A stretch of DNA of 64,000 bases from contig CAXXUK010000001.1 of the NCBI GenBank assembly GCA_963665125.2, positions 224,001 to 288,000 of the forward strand. Reading direction: 5' to 3'. Below, in pieces: positions 46,649 to 55,426 of the stretch (the stretch's first letter is position 1; the number at the start of each line of letters is the position of its first letter). A program made the translations under genes and the position numbers. Source of the DNA: an uncultured Desulfarculus sp. Its GTDB lineage: Bacteria > Desulfobacterota > Desulfarculia > Desulfarculales > Desulfarculaceae. Below the pieces are notes generated by a model, which was given only the letters and a program-made list of their open reading frames with translations, was not told the DNA's origin and ran no database searches.

Positions 46649-46664
46649 AGCCAGATCCGTGCCA
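46649..46664 (-). promoter_or_regulatory. Sigma54 -24/-12 promoter
   Basis: Minus strand TGGCACGGATCTGGCT; IHF-like AATCAA at 46683. Confidence 0.75.
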
Positions 46665-46839
46665 GACATAAATGGGCTAATAAATCAATTACATACAAAC
46701 GGTAGAGCAGCTGAAGGCGGCGTATTTGACAGCAAACTGTCGTATGTGACGGATCGGCCCAGGGAATTCAAAGGCCAAGCAGGATTGGTTTTGGTCAGCC
46801 TGGCGAATGGCCGGTAAATGCTTTTGGGGACGTAATAAA

Positions 46840-46874
46840 GCCCGGCCGTCCGGAAATGTCCTGGACGGCCGGGC
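46840..46874 (-). terminator. Probable intrinsic terminator after the second AOR
   Basis: 12-bp perfect inverted repeat GCCCGGCCGTCC/GGACGGCCGGGC followed on the minus strand by TTTATT. Confidence 0.7.
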
Positions 46875-46907
46875 CGTTTTGCCTACGCGGCTTGATCGCC
46901 AATACTT

Positions 46908-49007
46908 CTATTGGCGTTGCTTGCGCCTGCGCTTTTCACTCATCTTCAGGAACTGGTTCTTGAGGTTTTCCGGACTTTCGGTCATGTTGCCCATCACCTT
47001 GGCCCGAACCTTGTTCTTTATCTTCATTTTCAGGCCCTTGCCAAACTTGTCCGGCGCGGGATCCTTGATCACTTTCTGTACGGGCAAGTAATACTTTGGC
47101 TCGTTCATGCAACCCAAACGGCCCACGGAATCAAGGCGCCAGGCCACATCGCTTAGACCGAGCTCAGCCAGGCGTTCCAGGGTGGGCAGGCCGTCTTCGC
47201 ACAACCCGCGATAGGCATAGTATTCATCCAGCATGCCCTGCTTGTTCATGTCTATGCCCCTGGCCCACGAGTCCGGCTCCGGACGGCGGGTAAAACTGTC
47301 GTGACGCCTGTCCAGGCCCCGAAGGGTATTGATGGCGCGCTGGATGTGATAGCCTCTTTCGGCGGCCATCTGCAAATCAGCGCCGCTCATCGATGCGCCG
47401 GTGGCGGCATTCCAGGCTGCGGCCAGGTGGGCGGGCACCAGCTTGCCGTGGTTGAGCATGCTCAAGCCCAGGTAAAAACAGATGCCCAAACTATCTAGGA
47501 TCAGCTTGTAGTTCTCGTGCCACCACACGGCTCGGCCCTTGTCTGCGTGGGAGTTGAAGTTCATGGTTTTTTTGGTCCCGCCAAACAACAGCTTTGACGT
47601 CTGGTCGTTGATGGGTTGCAAAAGCAAATAGGGAACGCCCTTGAGGAAATCGCCGCCCCGGGGAGAAAGGGAAAACGCCAGCACAAACGGCGGCGCAGAA
47701 TGGGCGGGCCAATGCATGCCCTTCATATGCAGGGCATACTGTTCGGCGCCGTTGCCGATGGCGGCGGCGGCACCCCTGGTGCCCAGGGCCAATATGGCCC
47801 CGATGCCTTGGTTGGCGGCAACCTTTTCGATGAGTTGCTCCACGGCGGCCAGATCACCCCAACCAGGCTTGATGCCCTCTAAAAGGCTTGGATCCAGCAA
47901 CCCGTGTGCGTAGGCATCATTGAGCATGCCCACGGCTCCACAAAACTCATTGATATCAAAACCTTTTTCATTGATAAGGTTGGCTAGGTGCAGTATCGCG
48001 CCCACATCCCTGAATCCCAGGATGAGGCCCAATGTCATGATATAGGCCACTTCGTATCCATGGCCGTGTTCTCCCGCGAAATCACCGCCCAGAATCCGCC
48101 ACTGCTTGCCGCATCTGAGCGGGCATTTGTAACAACCAACATCCTTTGACTCAACAGCCTTGAGATAGGCGCAGGTATCAATGTTGGCAATGTCGCCGGG
48201 GGTTATCGGTCTGCGCCAGTTGTCGGCATACATCAGGCCCAGGGACTCTAGGGTGTGGATGAACAGCATTGTGCCGTATTTGGTAAACATCTTGGGAAAG
48301 GCCAGGCTCTTGCACCAGTCTTTTACCTGTTGGCCCAACGTATTCAATTCCTCCGCGTCATGAACCGGATTCTTTTGCTTTCCCCTGGCAATGACGATGG
48401 CCTTGAGCTTCTTGGAGCCCATGACCGCGCCCATGCCGGAGCGGGAAAAGCTGTGGGCGTTGTTTTCAAAGGTAATGTTGGCATAACGCACAAGGTTTTC
48501 CCCGGCCGGTCCGATGACCGCGGCCACCGAGCTTTTGTGCCTGGCTTTCAGAGCCTTGTCCACCTCGCCGGTGGTCATTCCCCAGATATCCGAGGCGTCT
48601 TCTATGCTGCATTGGCCATCGGGCCCAATGAGCAGATAGCCGGGCTTTGGCAAAGCGCCGGTTATGACCAGATGATCGATGCCCACGCTGCGCATCATTA
48701 CGCCCCAGATGCCGCCACCGTTGGAATCGCCGTATATATTGGTAAGCGGGCTCAGAGCCGTGGCGGTGGTGCGGGCGCTGGTGGGATAGCTGGTGCCGAC
48801 CAAAGGGCCTGCACCGAAAATCAACGGATTGTCAGGGCTCAATGGCTCGGTGTTCTCGTCTATCATGTTGTAAAGGAGCCAGGCGTTCATGCCGCCTCCG
48901 CCAATGAACCGCTGCATCTGCTCGGCCCCAAGGGACCGTCTGGCCACCTCGCCGGTATTCAGGTCGACACTCAGCAACCGTCCGGTATTCATAGTTTCTG
49001 CGCCCAT
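46908..49007 (-). CDS. Divergent aldehyde:ferredoxin oxidoreductase-family protein
   Basis: SPLT…GDSNGGG, IGPAGENLVRYA, RSGMGAVMGSKKLKA, CYKCPLRC, LDSLGICF, LDEYYAYRG. Confidence 0.88.
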   Translation of the reverse strand: MGAETMNTGRLLSVDLNTGEVARRSLGAEQMQRFIGGGGMNAWLLYNMIDENTEPLSPDNPLIFGAGPLVGTSYPTSARTTATALSPLTNIYGDSNGGGIWGVMMRSVGIDHLVITGALPKPGYLLIGPDGQCSIEDASDIWGMTTGEVDKALKARHKSSVAAVIGPAGENLVRYANITFENNAHSFSRSGMGAVMGSKKLKAIVIARGKQKNPVHDAEELNTLGQQVKDWCKSLAFPKMFTKYGTMLFIHTLESLGLMYADNWRRPITPGDIANIDTCAYLKAVESKDVGCYKCPLRCGKQWRILGGDFAGEHGHGYEVAYIMTLGLILGFRDVGAILHLANLINEKGFDINEFCGAVGMLNDAYAHGLLDPSLLEGIKPGWGDLAAVEQLIEKVAANQGIGAILALGTRGAAAAIGNGAEQYALHMKGMHWPAHSAPPFVLAFSLSPRGGDFLKGVPYLLLQPINDQTSKLLFGGTKKTMNFNSHADKGRAVWWHENYKLILDSLGICFYLGLSMLNHGKLVPAHLAAAWNAATGASMSGADLQMAAERGYHIQRAINTLRGLDRRHDSFTRRPEPDSWARGIDMNKQGMLDEYYAYRGLCEDGLPTLERLAELGLSDVAWRLDSVGRLGCMNEPKYYLPVQKVIKDPAPDKFGKGLKMKIKNKVRAKVMGNMTESPENLKNQFLKMSEKRRRKQRQ

Positions 49008-49055
49008 GATAAAAAGCCTCTCCTTCTTGCTGGCGATCTTGCTGCGGAACTAAGG

Positions 49056-49071
49056 AGCAATGGCCATGCCA
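49056..49071 (-). promoter_or_regulatory. Sigma54 -24/-12 promoter
   Basis: Minus strand TGGCATGGCCATTGCT, about 50 nt upstream of ATG at 49007. Confidence 0.85.
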
Positions 49072-49379
49072 CTCGATGGGACGCGGGCTTTTTAGAAGCC
49101 AAACAAAAAAACGGAGGCCGTACCGGCGCATTCGCATAAGTGAAATAAATAGAATAATTGAATGGTTATGGTCAAGTTGACCCCTCGGATCAACAACCTC
49201 GCCCAGTTCTGCGGGTTGTTGCGTTGTCCCCGACTTTGCATTCATTTGGCCTGGTGTAATAGAATCGAGAACGCGAACTGTCGTATTTGACGTTTCCGGC
49301 AAGACCGCATAAATTTGTATTTCCGGAAATCCTTTATGGCCAAACCGGCGCATCCTAGGCCGGGCGAGTAAAGACGAGG

Positions 49380-50918
49380 GTGAGAATGGACAGCAATTTT
49401 TTTTTCAAGGAAGCCACCCTGCGTATTTGCGGCACTTTGGATTTGGAAAAGGCCCTGTTTCGAACGCTTGAATTCCTGCGCCCGTACTTACCAGCGGAAA
49501 AGGCCTTTCTGCATTATTATGATCCCGTTTCAGCCACATCCACGGTCAGCGCCTCGGCCGACAACAGAGGCGGTCAGCGCCACCAAGCAAAGACCGTCTG
49601 GCCCGAGCATTGGCACCGTATGGCCGTCAACGATCAACTTCCCGCGAACATAATCATCAATGACGCCGATTCCCATGAGTTGGCCCGGCTGATGCTTAAA
49701 CCATTCATAAGCGATGACAAGTTTTCATTGTTGGTGGTTCGTCTTACTGTCGACGGTCAATGGATCGGTGGCGTCACCCTGTACGCCCCGGGCAGGGACA
49801 GGTTCGTGGAAGAGCATATGCGCCTGTTCGCCCTGCTGCGGGACCCCTTCACGATCGCCCTGTCAAATTCCCGCAGATACCAGGAACTACTGTCCCATAA
49901 AGAGTTGTTGGCCGACGACAAGCGCTACCTGGAAAAAGAACTGCGGCGGGATTATCAAGGCACCATCATCGGCGCGGACAGCGGCCTCAAGCCGGTCATG
50001 GAAAAAGTGAACCAGGTGTCCCACTTGGACACTCCGGTGCTGCTGCTGGGCGAAACAGGCGTGGGCAAGGAAATCATCGCCAATGCCTTGCACAACGGGT
50101 CACCCCGCCGCAACGGCCCTTTCATCAAGGTCAACTGTGGGGCCATCCCGGACAGCCTCATAGACAGCGAATTGTTCGGTTTTGAAAAAGGCGCCTTTAC
50201 CGGCGCGACCGCCCGCAAGCGGGGCCGCTTCGAACGGGCCCATGGCGGCACGCTCTTTTTGGATGAGGTGGGCGAACTGCCCTTGAACGCCCAGGTCCGC
50301 CTATTGCGGGTTTTACAGGAAAAGGAAATCGAGCGTATCGGGGGCAGCGAAAGCATACCGGTGGACATTCGTATCATCGCCGCGACTCACCGTGATTTGC
50401 CGTTGATGATCGAGCGGGGAGAATTTCGTCAGGATTTGTTTTTCCGCCTTCAGGTCTTCCCCATCACCATTCCGCCCCTCCGGGACCGGCTGGCGGACAT
50501 CCCCGCCCTGGCTGCCCACTTTTTGATCAAGAAATCCCGGGAACTGGGCATCTCACCCCCACCGGCCCTCGACAATAGGGCCTTGTCCATACTGGCCCAA
50601 TATAAATGGCCGGGCAATATCCGCGAATTGGAAAACGCAGTGGAGCGCGCCAGCATAATCAGCGGCAAGGGCCCGCTTTGTTTTGACGATTTGGGTTTGA
50701 ACTCGAAAACAAACGCCGGTGTTGAGCCGGAGCAGGGCGGGGGCGAAGCGCTACACCTGGATGAGGTGCTTCGCAGGCACATTGTCAAAATCCTGGAAGC
50801 CACCGGCGGCAAGGTGGGCGGCAGCGACGGCGCCGCGGAATTGATGGGCATCAACGAGTCCACCCTGCGGCATAAAATGCGTAAACTGGCTATCCCCTTC
50901 GGCCGGAAAAAACATTAG
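49380..50918 (+). CDS. GAF-domain sigma54 enhancer-binding protein (FhlA-like)
   Basis: FFKEATLRICG.LD N-terminus, [25 protein letters not shown]. Confidence 0.93.
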   Translation: MRMDSNFFFKEATLRICGTLDLEKALFRTLEFLRPYLPAEKAFLHYYDPVSATSTVSASADNRGGQRHQAKTVWPEHWHRMAVNDQLPANIIINDADSHELARLMLKPFISDDKFSLLVVRLTVDGQWIGGVTLYAPGRDRFVEEHMRLFALLRDPFTIALSNSRRYQELLSHKELLADDKRYLEKELRRDYQGTIIGADSGLKPVMEKVNQVSHLDTPVLLLGETGVGKEIIANALHNGSPRRNGPFIKVNCGAIPDSLIDSELFGFEKGAFTGATARKRGRFERAHGGTLFLDEVGELPLNAQVRLLRVLQEKEIERIGGSESIPVDIRIIAATHRDLPLMIERGEFRQDLFFRLQVFPITIPPLRDRLADIPALAAHFLIKKSRELGISPPPALDNRALSILAQYKWPGNIRELENAVERASIISGKGPLCFDDLGLNSKTNAGVEPEQGGGEALHLDEVLRRHIVKILEATGGKVGGSDGAAELMGINESTLRHKMRKLAIPFGRKKH

Positions 50919-51032
50919 CGCGGAACAAAACCAACCTCTATACCGCGTACTGGTTGCCCAACGGTTGAGTGGGCATGGCCTTTGTGCTCTTCCTTGCGTT
51001 TTGGGCTTGGCCCCCGGAAAAATATGCCATGA

Positions 51033-51632
51033 TCACCTTTTGGAATCGGCCTCATCCCATTGCTTGACGACGGGCAGAGTGCCGCTGAATTTGTCTATTA
51101 GAAAACTCCCGCGGTCAGCCATGGCGCTAATCAGTGGCTCAATTATTGATATGGCCACCCAAAGCACGGCAATAACCAACACGGCAAACATCATGTTGAA
51201 GAAAAAATCGCCTTGTCCGGCCATAACGCTTTTTTGGATGGCGATGGCAAGCAAGGTGCCGCTCATCATAATTACTGCCCAGCCATAAATAATTAGATAC
51301 CTACGCAGCCGCCCGGTGAATCCCGCGCGTTCGCCCTTGGCCCTCCAAATGGATATTTTTAGGATGGCTTGGCCCGGGCTTTTGCCCAGCAGCAGCCCGA
51401 TCAGCCCATAAACCAGGGCGGACAGCGGTATCAACACCAGGCTTACGATGATGAAGAGAAAGACCGCGGCCGAGGCCTGTGGCCCATCCGCCGGCACTTG
51501 GCCGGGCGGCAGTCCCAACAGGTTGGACACGATACTGTCGGCCACCAAGGCGGCAATGATCAAGCAAGGAAGAAACAGAGCCGCGCTTATGAGTCCCGAC
51601 CAAAACCTATATCCCAGTCCAGCCGTTTTCAT
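51033..51632 (-). CDS. RDD-family membrane protein
   Basis: AGLGYRFWS, GKSPGQ.ILKI, LRRY, LIDKFSGT.V pattern. Confidence 0.65.
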   Translation of the reverse strand: MKTAGLGYRFWSGLISAALFLPCLIIAALVADSIVSNLLGLPPGQVPADGPQASAAVFLFIIVSLVLIPLSALVYGLIGLLLGKSPGQAILKISIWRAKGERAGFTGRLRRYLIIYGWAVIMMSGTLLAIAIQKSVMAGQGDFFFNMMFAVLVIAVLWVAISIIEPLISAMADRGSFLIDKFSGTLPVVKQWDEADSKR

Positions 51633-51720
51633 GACAACGCTCCCTTTTTAAGGTCTTGGGTCATGCGGCAACAGCCGCCGGTTCCTTCGCCCTCGCCCGG
51701 ATGCCCGGCCTTCGCCGGGA

Positions 51721-52305
51721 TTAACGTGATCCCGAGCCTTGACGTTGTTGGTCTTGTCGCCATTGAGAGCAAATTATCCGTTCTTCTGTAGCCGTCCCCC
51801 GATGACGTCTGGATCTGATTTGACAGTCCAACCGCTCGTTGGCTTCTTTCGATATTGCGGAAAATTTTGTTGAGGCATCAAGGGCCTCACAGACAATGGG
51901 GCGGGTTACTGCGATGGGCTCTCTGTTGCCTAGCTTTATGTTGAAATCCTCGAATAACCCGGAAACATTTTGGAGTTGGGCCCTGATCACCCGTTCATAG
52001 TCTTGACAAGATTGCGGTCGCGCAGGGGGCGAAGGAGTTTGGACGACTTGACTTCCGCCTCTGCTGCCGTCACCACCGGTGTCGCCGCTGTTGCCCCATG
52101 CATTGATTTGCATGTCAAATTTGGCTATCCAGTTCGTGAATCCTTCTTTGTAGCCCGTGCACTTGGTAAAAACCCTGGCCTGCTCCAACATCTGCAACAA
52201 CTCGGCTTCGGCCTTTTGGGTGGCAGCCGGTAAAGCCCGGCAAAAAGTCAGGCTCAAGGATGTGACGGCAAAAAATGATTTAAACGGAATCAACCGATAT
52301 CGCAT
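51721..52305 (-). CDS. Hypothetical, possibly exported Cys-containing protein
   Basis: AAGGAG RBS before MRYRLIPF, hydrophobic N-terminus, spaced Cys; atypical composition. Confidence 0.4.
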   Translation of the reverse strand: MRYRLIPFKSFFAVTSLSLTFCRALPAATQKAEAELLQMLEQARVFTKCTGYKEGFTNWIAKFDMQINAWGNSGDTGGDGSRGGSQVVQTPSPPARPQSCQDYERVIRAQLQNVSGLFEDFNIKLGNREPIAVTRPIVCEALDASTKFSAISKEANERLDCQIRSRRHRGTATEERIICSQWRQDQQRQGSGSR

Positions 52306-53010
52306 GGGCGACTCCTTGAGTGAGCGGGGTGCTACGGCTGTCACAATGCTGGAGATTCGCTTATGCTCTTTCGTGGTCAGACGATGACTTTGTCGTTTTT
52401 CTGACAAACTTTTTTTGCGGCATGGCCACGGGACTTGGGAGATGGGGTGCGCGATTTCTTGGAAGTGATGCAGTTCAGCGCGATATGAGAACATGTCCGC
52501 GGTCATAGGTCTTATGAACTGGTTCTGTCGCGGGCATCATTTGCCCCCCCACATTTTATTGCAAAGTAGTTCAATTTTTAACCGTCATTCAACAAACATA
52601 TGGTCCCGGATCCACGCAAGGCACGGCCGTGGGGCGCATCTCCATGCATGATGAAGTTCCGCCTGTTCGCGAAGGCAATGCCGCCCCGGCTGGTTTCACG
52701 GGCCGGAGTTGGAAAACCCGGCGGCCGCCAAGTCGCCGGGTTCTGGTCGGTGGTTCTGTAAAAATGAGGCTAAAAACCTCACCGATCGGCTGCTTGACAT
52801 CCTTTTCCAGATACTTGCCGTACCCGAGCATGTTTACGCCAATGACGCATGTGTTTTCGCTTGTATAAATCCTCGGCAATCCAACGCCGGTTGAAAGTGC
52901 CCCTCAATGTTTTGCGGTCGTCATGCTTGGACCGGTTTGATAATTGGAACTGCTTCCCATCGCGGCCGTTCCATTTAAACCATCCTCATAGCCATTGGTT
53001 GTTCGCCCGG

Positions 53011-53337
53011 TCAGAACCTCCTGGGGAGCATGGGCTCTCCACGGTCCAAGTATCTGAAATGATGTTTAAATTGAATGAAGGTGGCGACCATTATGGCGCT
53101 TTCCGGGCAGATGGCCACGCAATCGCAACAACTCATGCATTGACCCTCCAGGCTGGGGCGCATACTGGGCTTTTTCTCATCTAAATAGATGGCGTCTGCG
53201 GCGCAGGTCTGGGCGCAAAGACCGCAGCCGATGCACTTTTCATGGTCGAATTCAACCGAGCCGAAGAAGACGTCCCGTCCGATGAGCGTCAGGTTCTCAA
53301 TGTGCTTTATGGATTTTTTGTCCAGTTTTTCCGGCAT
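53011..53337 (-). CDS. 2x[4Fe-4S] ferredoxin-like protein
   Basis: CIGCGLCAQTC and CMSCCDCVAICP. Confidence 0.9.
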   Translation of the reverse strand: MPEKLDKKSIKHIENLTLIGRDVFFGSVEFDHEKCIGCGLCAQTCAADAIYLDEKKPSMRPSLEGQCMSCCDCVAICPESAIMVATFIQFKHHFRYLDRGEPMLPRRF

Positions 53338-53354
53338 CTTGTCGCTCCATTATT

Positions 53355-54077
53355 TCAATAGACGATTTTTAAGCCGTCCTCGTCGTACCAGTCAATGGCC
53401 TGGGTTTCGCGGGGCACATAACCATCGGGGATGCCCTTGGGGTAGCCGATGCCAATGGAGGTGTAGAATTTATATGGATATTCGATTCCGAGGCGCTTTT
53501 TCCATTCCTTGGAAGTGCCCGCTATCGACGAGAAGCTGACCCAGCAGGTGCCCAAGCCGAAGCTGTGCGCAGCCAGGACCATGTTCTGGCCCGTGATGCC
53601 CACGTCGATACGCTCATCACCAGGGGTTCGGATATCGGCCAATATGAGTACGACCGTAGGGGCACCGTGCCAGAGGCCGAGCCTTTGATTGCCGATAAGC
53701 TTCATTGCGGTGAAGGGAACCGGATGAAATGCCCTGGGCAGGATTCTCTGGGCCAGCTTTGCCCGCCATATCTTCTTTTCCTTGCCGGGGTCGGTGTAGT
53801 CAACCACCTTGCTAATCTTGGCGCATTGCTTTATGACATGTTGGGTCATCTCCTCGATCATCTTGCCGTCGCGAACCACGATGAACTTCCAGGTTTGGGC
53901 ATTGCCCGCCGAGGGGGCGAAACGGCCCGCCTCTAGGATGCGGCGGATCAGGTACTCCGGCACCTGTTTTTGTTTGTAGGCGCGAACGCTTCTTCTTCGG
54001 TATATGATGTCTTCCACCTCGTTGAAATCCGCTCCGGATTCCGGTGGATTGATGCGTTTGGCTTCAGCTTTTTCCAT
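53355..54077 (-). CDS. Nitroreductase-family flavoprotein
   Basis: RRSVRAY, EAGRFAPSAGNAQ.W.F, NMVLAAHSFGLGTCW, IGYP. Confidence 0.92.
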   Translation of the reverse strand: MEKAEAKRINPPESGADFNEVEDIIYRRRSVRAYKQKQVPEYLIRRILEAGRFAPSAGNAQTWKFIVVRDGKMIEEMTQHVIKQCAKISKVVDYTDPGKEKKIWRAKLAQRILPRAFHPVPFTAMKLIGNQRLGLWHGAPTVVLILADIRTPGDERIDVGITGQNMVLAAHSFGLGTCWVSFSSIAGTSKEWKKRLGIEYPYKFYTSIGIGYPKGIPDGYVPRETQAIDWYDEDGLKIVY

Positions 54078-54328
54078 GGAACAAACCCTCCTGAATTGTT
54101 TTATTATCCGCCGGTTTGCGAGACCATGGTCTCCCCGTGGAGCTTGGGCCTCCTCGGCGCGGAAAACGGCTAACGAATGTGATTGCCGGCCGCTTTGGGG
54201 AAAAGTGGATATGGCCAGGAATGCCGCGCTGCTCTTTCATGGAATGCCCCACCGCAACCCACTGCCCAGTTCGGAGTCGGCGGCATCCCCGGCCGGATTG
54301 ACGGCAAACCAGGACCGTACCCCGGTGC

Positions 54329-55159
54329 TCAGGTCAGCCTGATTCCGTTACGCCATCTTCTGTAATCCTTCAGGGCAAACTTCATCATCAATGTCGGGCT
54401 CAGCCTAGCCACCCACCACATGACTCTGGTCATGCCGGTTACGGGAATGATTGCCTTGTCCTTGGCAACACCTTTAATTATTTCCCGGGCGCATTTTTCC
54501 GGTGATATGCCGAACCGTTCATAGGCTGATATCGCCGCTTTCCACTTTTCCGGATCCAAGTTGATTTTTTCGCTGGTGTCGAAAATCGGGGTCTTGATGA
54601 AGCCGGGGCAGACCACGCTGACCTTTACCCCCAGATCCCTGCCTTCAACCCACATGCTTTGCGACAGGCCCATGACCGCGAATTTGCTGGCCACATAAGA
54701 CGCCGTGGAAGGAAAGGGCACCAAACCTTCCACCGAAGACAGGTTGATGATGTGTCCGAACCCCTGGTTGGTCATCAGCTTGTAGGCGCTCAAACTGCCG
54801 TGGATCACTCCGAAAAGGTTCACATCCAGAATCTTTCGCCAGTCAGCCACCGATGTGTCGCGGATTTCGCCACCCGCCGCTATGCCTGCGTTGTTGAACA
54901 GATAATCCAGCCGCCCTTCCTGCCGGGCCGTATCGGCGATTAGCTTGTCAAAGGCATCGTGGTCGGTGACGTTCAGCGCCGCCGCCCTGGCTCTTCCTCC
55001 TTGGGCCGTAATCTCCGGTATGGACTGTCGCAATGCGTCTTCGTTGACGTCGGTGGCAATGACCAAGGAGCCTCTTTGGGCCAGCTCGCGGCATAGGGCC
55101 TTGCCGATGCCCGAGGCCGCTCCCGTTACGACGCTCACTGAGTTTTGGTATTTTTTCAT
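54329..55159 (-). CDS. Short-chain dehydrogenase/reductase
   Basis: TGAASGIG, NNAG, YVASK. Confidence 0.95.
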   Translation of the reverse strand: MKKYQNSVSVVTGAASGIGKALCRELAQRGSLVIATDVNEDALRQSIPEITAQGGRARAAALNVTDHDAFDKLIADTARQEGRLDYLFNNAGIAAGGEIRDTSVADWRKILDVNLFGVIHGSLSAYKLMTNQGFGHIINLSSVEGLVPFPSTASYVASKFAVMGLSQSMWVEGRDLGVKVSVVCPGFIKTPIFDTSEKINLDPEKWKAAISAYERFGISPEKCAREIIKGVAKDKAIIPVTGMTRVMWWVARLSPTLMMKFALKDYRRWRNGIRLT

Positions 55160-55316
55160 CCTATCCCCGCTCCTTAACCGTCCAGGAAAGGCTATGCCAA
55201 CCTATCGGACAAGGATGGGTGCCCCGTCCGATAGGTTGGATTAAACGCCGGCTCCCGCTCAGAGGGCACGGGTTTACGGCGTGTTTTCCCCCCCGACCTC
55301 GGCCTGTTTGGCCCGC

Positions 55317-55426
55317 CAATTTGCGCAGTTTGCAAAAACAAGCAAATTGAGCTACTTGGCAAAACTGCGCTTTTGCCAAGTAGCGGTTGAAAAAGTCCAG
55401 GACGGACTTTTTCAACACCTTGTTAG
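55317..55426. mobile_element. IS-end/MITE-like remnant with three consecutive hairpins
   Basis: Inverted repeats at 55317-55349, 55351-55384 (14 bp perfect) and 55386-55416 (13 bp perfect); end …GGACTTTTTCAACACCTTG-TTAG resembles IS5/IS1182-type termini; no transposase. Confidence 0.5.

Noticed and set aside
39341..49007. AOR genes as class II benzoyl-CoA reductase (BamB)
   Set aside because: No bamC-I-like partner genes in the window, and I cannot identify BamB-specific residues
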